From assembly GCA_963708185.1 (NCBI GenBank), contig OY970195.1, forward strand, positions 832,001 to 896,000: a stretch of 64,000 nt of DNA, in the 5' to 3' direction. The position numbers and the translations under genes are program-made. Of this stretch, positions 1 through 9,879 are shown one piece after another. Source of the DNA: Candidatus Peregrinibacteria bacterium (GTDB taxonomy: Bacteria; Patescibacteriota; Gracilibacteria; UBA1369). Below the pieces are notes generated by a model. The model was not told the DNA's origin and searched no databases. It saw only the letters and a program-made list of their open reading frames with translations. The first letter of the stretch is position 1. Each line of letters opens with the position of its first letter.

Positions 1-1
1 C

Positions 2-3000
2 ATCCAGGAAATTACGCCGATCGATTACAACGGCGACGGGTTACAGGACCTTCTCGTGGCCTACAAGGACGGGAAAGTCCGTCTGCTCCAGAACAACCGA
101 GCCAATCCGAGGTTCGTCGACCAGGGCGTTTTCCTTGATTTCCCCAACGGTATCATCAGCATGACGACGGGCGACTTCAACAAAGACGGGCTCCAAGATC
201 TGGTCATCGCCACACAGGACAGCTGTCGCACCGGGGAAGTCTGCATCAACGAATATGAAAATCACCACGGCAATTTCGTCCTCAAATATTTACCGCTCCA
301 GCCTTTCACCGATAAAAACCGCGTCTTCATGATCCGCTCCGGCGACATGAACAACGACGGCTACCCCGACCTCGTGACGTCCGACGATACCGGAACGATC
401 CGCGTGTTCTACAACAACCACGGCGAGTTCGATCCGAACGGACAGTACGTCGGTTCGCTGGGTCTGCATATCGACAACACCGCGAACTTAAAGACGGAAG
501 TCCTTGTAGCTTACGACGGCATGCCGGTCGACGATCCGAACACCACAACCGACGACCAGTATTTTGCCGAGCTGCCGGTGACAAAAAACCAGTCCGATCT
601 CACCGCCGACGACAAAGTCAAACTCGGCATCAGCGGAGACAACTCTCCGGTCTTGAGCGCTTCCGACACCGCGGCGCTCGATGCCCTGCAGGGCGGAAAA
701 GCCCAGGTGACCGAACCTCCGGCAGACGTCCAGGTTCCGACGGATTTCGTCTACCTCGACGCTTCACCTTCGCTCATTACTTCCGAAAAACGCGCGAAGG
801 ACACGACCGATCCGCTGAACGTTCTTGCGCGCGACGACGTCGTCCAGTACACGCTCTCGTTCAAGAACACTGCAAACCACGACCTGAAGAATTTCATGTT
901 CGCCGACGCATTCCCGGGAAACATGAACATCGACAAGTCCACGATCCAGTGTACGGATTGCGGCACGCAGCAACTGCAGTTCCAGGATACCGGAGAGAGT
1001 GTCCGCCCGTACATCATTTCAGGCTTCGATATCCCTGCAGGAAAGACGCGGACCATCACCTATACCGGCACGGTCGGTAATACGCCGCGCGTCAAAATCA
1101 ACATCGGGACAAACCTTTCACCAAGCATCCCCACAAGCTCGTATCCTATGATCGGCGCGGCACCGGACAACAACGCCAGCGGCAGAATGACGTATTACTA
1201 TGAAACTTCCGTCGATCCCAACACCAAGAAAGTCAATTATCAGAACTACACGACTCCGCCGCCGAAACCGGCAACGGTACCTTCGCCTACTGACGACACA
1301 ACTAAAAAGCTCACCAAGAGTTTCCCCATCACCAACGACCAGTTCGTTGACCTGAACGGCGATAAGATTCCCGACAACATCGCGAACTTCGAACAGTCCC
1401 TGACCAATGACGACAGCGACGGCGACGGCCTTCCGAACCTCTATGACGATCTGAATGGCGGCCTGAATTCGATTGCCGACGCCACCCAGGGCATCCTCGC
1501 AGCATTATCCTGCAGCCAGGGATGCATACCCATGCCGATCAATTTTGCCTTCCTCGCTCCGGGCGTCATCAACGCATTGGGCATTCCTGCGGGGTTCGAT
1601 CCCGGACTGCCGATCTTCGGATGGGGCGTACCGAGTATTATTCCGATCTGGCCGCCGAGCCCGTACCAGGGTTCCGTGGGCGGACGTATCTATCTTTCAC
1701 CGACGCTTACGGCAAGCCTGGGTATGGGAATCTGTCTCGGCCCTTATCTGGCCGGTGCGTGTTTCGCCTTCAAACTGCCCATCGACATGATTCCATCGGG
1801 AGTTTGCGACGCCATCCAGCAGGGCGTCGACGATGCCATGGCCACCGCCAACAATTTCATCAGTTCCAACGGAAATTCCGCCATGGCCGAAAGCGGCCAG
1901 ACCGCCGATTCTGAAGGAAGAAATTCGACGGGAGGCATGAGCGGGAGCACCAACCTGGGCAATTATCAGTACAACGCTTCCGTCTCAACCAATTTCAGGA
2001 TACCGAGTTTCCCCGCGGTGATTACGAAATGGCTTGAAGACCAGACCAATGAGATCGTCAACAAACTGAGCGATCTTCCGGATTTCTATTTCATTTATCC
2101 CGATCCGACGTCGATCGCCGGTGCCTTCGTTCCACAATCCGGAGCGCAACAGACCGGATCATCCGGCCAGAACGCGGCATATCAATTCCCGACCTTCAGC
2201 TCGAAACCGCTGCAGATCGACAAGGTCAATTTCAAGTCCGTGCTGTCTTCTCCGGGAAAACTTTTAAGTTTCCTGAACACGATCCCGCTCATTCAGATCC
2301 AGTCGCAGGAAATCGCCATCAAGATTCCGGCGCTGACTGCGGCCGAAATTGCCAAGGTCAAAGCTGACGCGCAGCAGTGGGTTGAAGACGAACGCAATGA
2401 AGTCAACCGTACGCTGCAGGTGTGGAGCTGCGGATATATCCAACTCGACCAGTCCTGGACCGTTCAAAAATCGCCGAACGCCTCGGCTTCCCAATACCAG
2501 ACCGCGTGCGACAAGCTCATCGTCGACATGAGCAAACTCAAGGACAGCGTCGAAAAAAACATCGACGCCATCCAGAAATACCTTGAACTGCCGCGCAAAA
2601 TCCTGGCTTGGAAAAACATTGCGGCAAAATACCTGTACCAGATCATCTGCTACCTGGATACGATCATGCAGTACACCGGCGGGTACATCAAAAAACAGAC
2701 CTCCCGTATTCTGGCGTGGATCAACATGATCAAACGCATCAGGCAGTTGCTTGAAACGTGGAAACTTATCATCGATCTTATCGTCGATTACCAGGCTTCG
2801 TGCGACCGGTGCAGCTCGGCGAGGTACACCTTACTTCAACTTATTTTACAAATTTTCGCGGCCATACCGTCGCCGCCGATCATACCTTTCCCCAAACTTC
2901 CCGACGTTTACCTTGATGTTTCCCAGATCCAGACGGGCCTGAAAATCCTGTGGCCGGATATCAAATTCATACCAGAGCGGCTCATTTTGCCCCGACTCCC

Positions 3001-6000
3001 CCGCATCACGCTTCCGGATTTACCGACGCTCACGCTGCATCTGCCGGCCCTGCCCATCCTGCCCGATCCTCCCGATCTTCCGGAACTTCCGGATCTGCCT
3101 CCGCTCCCGTTGCCGACGCTTCCCGATATTCCAAAACCTCCGAAGATTCCCGATCTTCCGAATGAAATCAAGATAACCCTGGATATTTTAAAGACGATCA
3201 TCAAGATTCTGTGTCTTATCCGCAAGGGACTTATTCCGATTCCGGAACTGAATCTGAAATCGCAGATCGAACAGCTGACGGAACGTCCGCTCACTCCGCT
3301 GATCCCTCTGGATCTTCTGGCAAAACTTCAGATCCCGCCGATCCAGTACGATTACGTGGATCATATTGAAATCAAAACCATCCTTAACCTGTCGCTCGAT
3401 TTCAGTCCGATTTACGATTTCGTCCAGGGCATCGCCGACGTTTGGAACGGACTGACCACCGATTTCGTCGAAAAACTCAACTTTGAATCCAAACAGGCTT
3501 CAGCGGCGGCCGAATCGGTGACCTCTTCGGCAAGCGGCGGACCAGGCGGAAGCGGCGGCAACATCGACATCAACGTTGGAGGAAAATCCAGCGCCCTGAT
3601 GCAACTGCTTGCCGATGTCGCCAACGGTAACGCCGACGACGCCGACCATGTGCTCGACCTGATCGCGACTATGCCGGGCAACGGCCTCAACGACGTGGCA
3701 AACCTCCTCGCCGACAATTCCCAGGCGCTTGCTGACGTGAAAACGCTTGATATCAACAAGATCGCCCCGGCCAATTTGAAGGGCATGCTCAGCGATCTGG
3801 AAAAGAACGATCCTCTGCTCGGTCATTATCTTGCTGAATACCAAAAGGCCAGCCAGGATATGCAGCAAACGGCGAAAGAGTATGCCGACAACAACAAGAA
3901 TATCGAACAAGACATCCATGTCAGCGCAAGCCAACGTTATCTTTCCAAGGACGATCCTCTGCTCAACCAGTCCATCGACGCCATCAAAGCGCATATTCCT
4001 CTGGAAGATCAGCCGCAGTACGACAGTCAGAAACAGGTCGCCCAACTCCGTGACGCCCTCATCGCCTATACCGACGAAGGAGCCAAACTGGATGCTCAAC
4101 TCGGCGATGCCTCGGGTTATGACGAATCCATGCACGCCCTTGCCGACGCGCACACGTTGAGCGACTACCTGCCCGTGCAAAAAACACAGGACGGCGGCCA
4201 CTTCTATGCCGATGCAGGGGCGACGGACAGTGCGGACAGCTCCACGGGGAATCTCTACGTCGCCGCCGTCAGCGTGGCGAACGATACGTTCCAGTCCTTC
4301 GTCGACGGCGTGAAACAAGATACAAGCAAACAGATCAAACTTCTTGCCGACGCCGGAAACCTTCCCGATGTTCCCCTCACTCCCGGTTCGCAGGGTATGC
4401 CGGTCCAGGCGAAGGGCATTTACATTTTGAATCCTACCCTCGGCGTCAACGAACGCCTCATGGAATACACCGCTGAAGCAGACAGTCCTTCCCAGCTGCT
4501 GTTCCTGGACGTCAACAACGACGGCGACCAGGAGGTCATCTATAGTTATGGCAGCAATATTTACATGAAGGAAAACTACAATAAACCTGCCATAAAAACC
4601 TATTACGGTGGTGTTCCTGAAACCAAATCACTGCTTGATATCGCACCTTCCGCGCCGGCAGTCAACGGTTTCCTCTCCAATTACGTCAACAACAAGAGTG
4701 CCGACATGAGCTGGAGAGCTCCGACGGAAGGAAACGTTTCCGGATATCTGATCACGTACCGGTTGATGCCCGACGCCTTCATTGAAAACATCAGTCCGGT
4801 CCTCCACAGGGTCGCTGTCATTCTCGAACCTGCCGATGCCGCGTCGCCGACCGGAAAAATCAGCGTAAACAAAGGCAGTTATAAACTCAACGGCCAGGAT
4901 CCGAAAGACGATCAGGCCCAGGCCGGTGCCAGCGTGCAGACCCAGGCCGACAGTGAAGTGGTGGTGGATTTCGGTTCGAACGGCAAAGTGACTGTCCCGG
5001 CCAACACGTCAGCTAAGGTTCCGGCCTTGAGCTTCCCGTACCTTACGGCGCAGAACGTCAGCGGAGATATCTATTTTGACGGAAGCGAACGGACGGTGGT
5101 GCTTCCCGGCGGAAACGGTTTCAACGCCACGGCGGGTGAATCCGTCCATGCGTTGAGCGCTTCGCAGTTTACTATTTCAGTGGACGGAACGCCTCAGGCC
5201 CAGTATGACCTTCCCTCCAACGCCATGTTCACGATTCCGAAAGACATCAAAGGCGTCATCAACGTCACCGTGAGCAGTGGTACCGTCGAGGTCATCAATC
5301 CTGAAAAAATCGTCCAGCACCAGAAAGTCGTGAACGGTTTGATGCTCAACGTCGATACCCAGCTGACGACTTCCGGAGGAAGCGCCCGCGTTGTGATGGG
5401 CGACGGTTCCTACGTTCACATTGCTTCGGGCGAAGATCTGCTGTTGAAAAAACTCGATACTCCCGACAAGCCGAACATCCATTTCGACCTTGCCAACGGC
5501 TTTTATTACGCAAAAATCCAGTCATTCGACCATCAGGGCGCACTGAGTACGCCTTCGGCGACGCAACTCATGGCGCCGTCGATTTGCGCCGATAAACAGG
5601 GCCCTCTGCCGAACGGCGGACCGTCGGAACGCACTACCTATATCTTCAAAGCGTTGTCGATCGACGCCAGTAAATCTTTCGATACCAACGGCACCATCAT
5701 TTCCTACTACATCGATACCGATCCGACGACGGACACCGATCATGACGGCGATCCGACCGATGACAAAAACGTCTGCCATGACAACGATCTGACGACCGAT
5801 ACCGACGGCGACGGCATTCCGAACAACGATTGCAGCGATCCGACGTTCAAGCTCGGGCCCTATCCCGATCTGAACGACCGTACCGTTACCCTGAACGTTG
5901 TTGATGAATCGTTGAACCGTTCCCAGCAGAACATCACCATTCACGTGGTGGTCCCGGGTATCCAGCTGAGTGCGGATACGGCTTCCAGCGGCATCGCCAA

Positions 6001-8392
6001 GGGAAATCTCGACGTCAAAGAAAGCGACATTCCGGTTGGCCTGATCCGCGACCGCGGTGGCGTCATCACTCCGATCACGACCAAGACCGCCGATGAACAC
6101 GGGAAATACTTCACCGACAGCAACGGCAAATTCCAGGTCTCGGATTTGAATCTCAAAGATACGATCGTCATCAAGAACGACAAGGGCGAAGTCATCGGTG
6201 AAATCGATCCGAAAACCGGACGCATTATTCTCAAAGACCCGAACTACGAGATTCAGGTTCTTCCGGCGGAAGAGCCGCTCCTTCCGACCCGCATCGTGGT
6301 CAAGCAAAAGAGCGACGGCAAAATTATTTCGACGTTGTTCCTGGTTCCGGACCTCAATACGGATACAACGATCGATGATCCGAACCTGGACTACAACAAA
6401 GTCACGACCGCGGTCTTCAAAGGCGTCCATGTGAAAGACGACAATGGCTTCGATAACTTCGAGTTCCGCAAGATTCCGACCGATGATCCGAACTTCCCCG
6501 GAGCCACGGAAATCATCGATACTACGACGAAGAAGCGGGCGGCCATCCTGGATACCGGCGGAAACTTCTATGTTTACGACGACCGTCTGAGCCTGCGTCT
6601 CAAAGATACGGGTGACCTGAGCGATCCGCTGGTGATCGAGATTCTCTTCACCAAGGACGCGTCGACTCCGCCCGCGGTCATCGGAGAGTTCTTCATCGCG
6701 GTGCACAGCGACAAGGGCGTGCAGATCCTTCCGGAAGAACGCTTCAAGATTTTCGTTTCCGGAGCAAAGAGCAAAGGCCCGCTCTATGACAGCGACAAGG
6801 ACGGTATGCCCGACCAGTGGGAGATCATTTACAGTCTGAATCCGAACGATTCGACCGATGCCCAAAAGGACAGCGACGGTGACGGATTGACCAACCTTGA
6901 AGAGTACCGCGCAGGAACCAATCCGCTCAATCCCGACAGTAACGGTGACGGCATTCCCGACGGTCAGGAACTTTCGATGGGACGAGATCCGTCCAAACCG
7001 GAATCATCACCATTTTCTGACGTGACCAAGGACAATCCGTACTTCCAGAGTATTTTCAATCTCTACCAGCGTCATATTCTTGACGGTATTCCAAGCGGCA
7101 ACCAGCTCGTCCTCGGTGCGAGCGCGCCGATCCCGCGCGATGAGTTCGCCGACATCATGCTCAAGATTTTCTGTATCATTCCGCGTCCGGAAGCCTACCA
7201 GGGTCCGTCAATGTTCACGGATATTCCGTATACACCCGATAATCTGCCGTGGTACTACGCTATCACCAAAGAAGCCGCGTTCCAGGGATTCATCACCGGT
7301 TATAAAGCTGAACTCGATCCCAACACCGGCAAAACCCCGTTCAAGCCCGAAGCCAATATCACCAGGGCTGAAGCGGTCAAAATCATCCTCGAAGCGCTGG
7401 AAAAGAAAGGCGTCATCGACATGGGCAACGTTCCGCTCACCGAGCCTTACTACACACCGTACATCCAGATCGCCCAGGATCTTACGCCGTATCTCAAAGA
7501 CAAATCCAAACTCCATACCACGTTCATTCTTACACCGGACGAAGCCCAAAAACCGGAAGAAATCCTGACCCGTGAAACGTTCATCGCCATGGCCGACCGT
7601 GTCCTTACCGCATACGACTGTTCACTCGTGGATGACGACCACGACGGCATGCCGAGTTACTGGGAACTTCAGCACGGCCTGAATCCGCATGATCCGAGCG
7701 ACGCCAACAAAGATCCGGACGGCGACGGACTGACCAACCTTGATGAATATAAACACGGAACCGATCCGCACAATCCCGATACCGACGGCGGCGGCGTCAA
7801 AGACGGCGAAGAAGTGAAACGCGCCACCAATCCTCTGGATCCCATCGACGATCCGATTGACACCGATGGTGACGGACTCCCGGACAAAGACGAAATCAAC
7901 GTCTATCACACCGATCCCAACAACCCGGATACGGACGGCGGCGGCGTGAACGACGGCACGGAAGTACTCATCAACAATACCGATCCGTTAAACCCCAATG
8001 ACGACAAAGATACCGACGGCGACGGACTTTCCGATTATGAAGAAACCAATAAATACCATACCGATCCGTTCAATCCGGACACTGACGGCGGCGGCATCAA
8101 CGACGGTACCGAAGTGAACCGCGGTACCGATCCGCTCAATCCGAAAGACGATCTTATCGATCCGCGCAGGGATCTCGGCGAAGGTATTTACGTCATCCAG
8201 CCGGAATGTAATACCTGTCCGTGTCCTTCGTCCATTGACCATACCGCCGACATCATTCCGGGAGACAAACTGTTTGCCGTCATCTCCAACGACGACAACT
8301 CGCAGATCTTCAGCAAGAGTAACGTCGTGGAGATCAAGGAGATCCCTCCCGAAAATCCCGTCAACGCACAGGCTCAAGCCCAAAATCCCTAG
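2..8392 (+). CDS. Giant multidomain surface protein, 5' truncated: FG-GAP/VCBS repeats, DUF11-like domain, Cys-rich helical and Pro-rich core, beta domains, Ca-binding DxDxDG repeats, SLH domains
   Basis: Frame is open from base 2 (IQEITPIDYNGDGLQDLLVAY). FG-GAP motifs DFNKDGLQDLVI and DMNNDGYPDLVT. Repeats DxDGDGLTNLxEYxxGTxPxNPDxxG near 6787-6990 and 7630-8150. SLH motifs FSDV...IPRDEFA and FKPEANITRAEAVKII. Confidence 0.85.
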   Translation: MQEITPIDYNGDGLQDLLVAYKDGKVRLLQNNRANPRFVDQGVFLDFPNGIISMTTGDFNKDGLQDLVIATQDSCRTGEVCINEYENHHGNFVLKYLPLQPFTDKNRVFMIRSGDMNNDGYPDLVTSDDTGTIRVFYNNHGEFDPNGQYVGSLGLHIDNTANLKTEVLVAYDGMPVDDPNTTTDDQYFAELPVTKNQSDLTADDKVKLGISGDNSPVLSASDTAALDALQGGKAQVTEPPADVQVPTDFVYLDASPSLITSEKRAKDTTDPLNVLARDDVVQYTLSFKNTANHDLKNFMFADAFPGNMNIDKSTIQCTDCGTQQLQFQDTGESVRPYIISGFDIPAGKTRTITYTGTVGNTPRVKINIGTNLSPSIPTSSYPMIGAAPDNNASGRMTYYYETSVDPNTKKVNYQNYTTPPPKPATVPSPTDDTTKKLTKSFPITNDQFVDLNGDKIPDNIANFEQSLTNDDSDGDGLPNLYDDLNGGLNSIADATQGILAALSCSQGCIPMPINFAFLAPGVINALGIPAGFDPGLPIFGWGVPSIIPIWPPSPYQGSVGGRIYLSPTLTASLGMGICLGPYLAGACFAFKLPIDMIPSGVCDAIQQGVDDAMATANNFISSNGNSAMAESGQTADSEGRNSTGGMSGSTNLGNYQYNASVSTNFRIPSFPAVITKWLEDQTNEIVNKLSDLPDFYFIYPDPTSIAGAFVPQSGAQQTGSSGQNAAYQFPTFSSKPLQIDKVNFKSVLSSPGKLLSFLNTIPLIQIQSQEIAIKIPALTAAEIAKVKADAQQWVEDERNEVNRTLQVWSCGYIQLDQSWTVQKSPNASASQYQTACDKLIVDMSKLKDSVEKNIDAIQKYLELPRKILAWKNIAAKYLYQIICYLDTIMQYTGGYIKKQTSRILAWINMIKRIRQLLETWKLIIDLIVDYQASCDRCSSARYTLLQLILQIFAAIPSPPIIPFPKLPDVYLDVSQIQTGLKILWPDIKFIPERLILPRLPRITLPDLPTLTLHLPALPILPDPPDLPELPDLPPLPLPTLPDIPKPPKIPDLPNEIKITLDILKTIIKILCLIRKGLIPIPELNLKSQIEQLTERPLTPLIPLDLLAKLQIPPIQYDYVDHIEIKTILNLSLDFSPIYDFVQGIADVWNGLTTDFVEKLNFESKQASAAAESVTSSASGGPGGSGGNIDINVGGKSSALMQLLADVANGNADDADHVLDLIATMPGNGLNDVANLLADNSQALADVKTLDINKIAPANLKGMLSDLEKNDPLLGHYLAEYQKASQDMQQTAKEYADNNKNIEQDIHVSASQRYLSKDDPLLNQSIDAIKAHIPLEDQPQYDSQKQVAQLRDALIAYTDEGAKLDAQLGDASGYDESMHALADAHTLSDYLPVQKTQDGGHFYADAGATDSADSSTGNLYVAAVSVANDTFQSFVDGVKQDTSKQIKLLADAGNLPDVPLTPGSQGMPVQAKGIYILNPTLGVNERLMEYTAEADSPSQLLFLDVNNDGDQEVIYSYGSNIYMKENYNKPAIKTYYGGVPETKSLLDIAPSAPAVNGFLSNYVNNKSADMSWRAPTEGNVSGYLITYRLMPDAFIENISPVLHRVAVILEPADAASPTGKISVNKGSYKLNGQDPKDDQAQAGASVQTQADSEVVVDFGSNGKVTVPANTSAKVPALSFPYLTAQNVSGDIYFDGSERTVVLPGGNGFNATAGESVHALSASQFTISVDGTPQAQYDLPSNAMFTIPKDIKGVINVTVSSGTVEVINPEKIVQHQKVVNGLMLNVDTQLTTSGGSARVVMGDGSYVHIASGEDLLLKKLDTPDKPNIHFDLANGFYYAKIQSFDHQGALSTPSATQLMAPSICADKQGPLPNGGPSERTTYIFKALSIDASKSFDTNGTIISYYIDTDPTTDTDHDGDPTDDKNVCHDNDLTTDTDGDGIPNNDCSDPTFKLGPYPDLNDRTVTLNVVDESLNRSQQNITIHVVVPGIQLSADTASSGIAKGNLDVKESDIPVGLIRDRGGVITPITTKTADEHGKYFTDSNGKFQVSDLNLKDTIVIKNDKGEVIGEIDPKTGRIILKDPNYEIQVLPAEEPLLPTRIVVKQKSDGKIISTLFLVPDLNTDTTIDDPNLDYNKVTTAVFKGVHVKDDNGFDNFEFRKIPTDDPNFPGATEIIDTTTKKRAAILDTGGNFYVYDDRLSLRLKDTGDLSDPLVIEILFTKDASTPPAVIGEFFIAVHSDKGVQILPEERFKIFVSGAKSKGPLYDSDKDGMPDQWEIIYSLNPNDSTDAQKDSDGDGLTNLEEYRAGTNPLNPDSNGDGIPDGQELSMGRDPSKPESSPFSDVTKDNPYFQSIFNLYQRHILDGIPSGNQLVLGASAPIPRDEFADIMLKIFCIIPRPEAYQGPSMFTDIPYTPDNLPWYYAITKEAAFQGFITGYKAELDPNTGKTPFKPEANITRAEAVKIILEALEKKGVIDMGNVPLTEPYYTPYIQIAQDLTPYLKDKSKLHTTFILTPDEAQKPEEILTRETFIAMADRVLTAYDCSLVDDDHDGMPSYWELQHGLNPHDPSDANKDPDGDGLTNLDEYKHGTDPHNPDTDGGGVKDGEEVKRATNPLDPIDDPIDTDGDGLPDKDEINVYHTDPNNPDTDGGGVNDGTEVLINNTDPLNPNDDKDTDGDGLSDYEETNKYHTDPFNPDTDGGGINDGTEVNRGTDPLNPKDDLIDPRRDLGEGIYVIQPECNTCPCPSSIDHTADIIPGDKLFAVISNDDNSQIFSKSNVVEIKEIPPENPVNAQAQAQNP

Positions 8393-8398
8393 TTTTTA

Positions 8399-8407
8399 TG
8401 CTATAAT
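8399..8407 (+). promoter_or_regulatory. Extended -10 promoter (TGCTATAAT), near-leaderless
   Basis: TGnTATAAT ends 8 nt before the ATG at 8416. Confidence 0.55.
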
Positions 8408-8415
8408 GTAAGGAT

Positions 8416-9027
8416 ATGAAAAAGCTCATAGACCAATTCAAATTCAAACCGCTCACCCTGACGGTGATCCTGGCGCTGCTGCTTTTTTTCGGCAACTCAT
8501 TCCAACAGACCCAGGCTCAAGTCGCAGGAGGAGGAACCGTCCCTTATCCTTTCCAGAACGCCACCGTAGACACCAATAATCTTTGCGAACCGGAAATGAA
8601 GTCTTTTGCCGACAAAGAACTCGCCAATTTCCGCGATTTTCTGGATACCAACTTTCAGAACAAGAGCGGCACGAGTTCTCTCGTTGACGTCGCCCTGGGG
8701 AAATATCGGGAAATGCGCTCGGAACTTTACACCGCCATCAACAAATACTATCCGAACTTCGGATCGAGCCTGCTCGTCACGGGGCTTCAGTCCAACCAGT
8801 GCGAACAGATCATCGTGCAGACGCTCAATGACGCCAAAACACTTTTAAAGACGCACGCCGTACGAACGTCGGGGGTCAAAAAATCCACGGCTTTGCTTGA
8901 AAAATACCAACAGATCAACGCGGAACTTGCCAACCTCTATCAACAGTTCATTTATATGAAAGCCTATCTGGATACTTTTTCCGGCAAACTGCCGTGCTAT
9001 CCAAAAACAGGCTGCGTCAAAGGATAA
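8416..9027 (+). CDS. Secreted helical hypothetical protein with 4 Cys
   Basis: 203 aa; signal peptide ending TQA; C-terminus LPCYPKTGCVKG. Confidence 0.8.
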   Translation: MKKLIDQFKFKPLTLTVILALLLFFGNSFQQTQAQVAGGGTVPYPFQNATVDTNNLCEPEMKSFADKELANFRDFLDTNFQNKSGTSSLVDVALGKYREMRSELYTAINKYYPNFGSSLLVTGLQSNQCEQIIVQTLNDAKTLLKTHAVRTSGVKKSTALLEKYQQINAELANLYQQFIYMKAYLDTFSGKLPCYPKTGCVKG

Positions 9028-9029
9028 CC

Positions 9030-9875
9030 ATGAAAAACCATAAACTCACCATCAGTCTTTCACTCCTCATCCTCATCTTCGTGGGGATGTCGGCGCTCGT
9101 TGTCCGCACAAAAGCCCAGGAAGCGTCGAGCCTGAATCCCTATGACGATCCGAATCTTGATGTCGACGGCGTTATTTCGCTCTACCACAACAACATGAAT
9201 ACCACTTTCAACAACTATATTACGTTGATGATGACGAACATCGACAAGAATCCCGACGATCCCGAAGGGAAAGCCGTCGATCAAGACGGCAATCCCCTGA
9301 CGGCCAGCCAGTGCATGGACGATCCGAACAACTACAGCACCTTCTGCGTCGCGGTGAACACACTCGGCGGCAACATCGACAACTGCGTCGCACCTTCACT
9401 TGATATTCCGCTCCCGGAAGACATGCAGAAACTCTGTTCGCTCGGCAGCGATGCTACACCGCTGAAGGGTTATTTGAACTTCGTGGCTGCTTTGAAGCGC
9501 AGGAGTAACCAGATTTTCCAGACGACCCAGCAAAAAAGCGATTACATTGACGCCATGACTTGTCTTGGGTTGCCGAACTCGGTGTGTGATCAACAAACCA
9601 AAGACAAAGCCCAGACCTATTACCAGACGTCGGTGGCGCTCCAGGTCAGCGCCGACCTCACCAAGATCCAGGATGAGATCAGCAAAGCCAAGGATACCCT
9701 TGATCAGACACTCTCCGCCTACGACCAGCTCAAGGTGGCCTGGCCGATTCACAAGAAATACGTCCAGGTTTACGCCGATCTCGAAAAATACCGCGACAAG
9801 ATCGTGGATATCCGCCACCAGACCGATGTGTTCCCGAGTAAATTTATCGACATGACTACCACCGCCTGTCTCTAA
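9030..9875 (+). CDS. Secreted Cys-rich hypothetical protein
   Basis: ATG at 9030, 2 nt after the previous stop; signal peptide ending TKA; C-terminus TTTACL. Confidence 0.8.
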   Translation: MKNHKLTISLSLLILIFVGMSALVVRTKAQEASSLNPYDDPNLDVDGVISLYHNNMNTTFNNYITLMMTNIDKNPDDPEGKAVDQDGNPLTASQCMDDPNNYSTFCVAVNTLGGNIDNCVAPSLDIPLPEDMQKLCSLGSDATPLKGYLNFVAALKRRSNQIFQTTQQKSDYIDAMTCLGLPNSVCDQQTKDKAQTYYQTSVALQVSADLTKIQDEISKAKDTLDQTLSAYDQLKVAWPIHKKYVQVYADLEKYRDKIVDIRHQTDVFPSKFIDMTTTACL

Positions 9876-9879
9876 ACCC

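Noticed and set aside
5522-6865. Long antisense ORFs (also 39419-40312, 41848-42804, 46229-47341, 61382-62482)
   Set aside because: These are shadow frames of well-supported genes caused by codon bias, with no recognisable motifs.
6787-8150. Repeated DNA such as GATACCGACGGCG as a possible CRISPR array or DGR repeats
   Set aside because: The repeats are in-frame, synonymously variable codons of Ca-binding protein repeats. No fixed repeat-spacer period, cas gene or reverse transcriptase is present.
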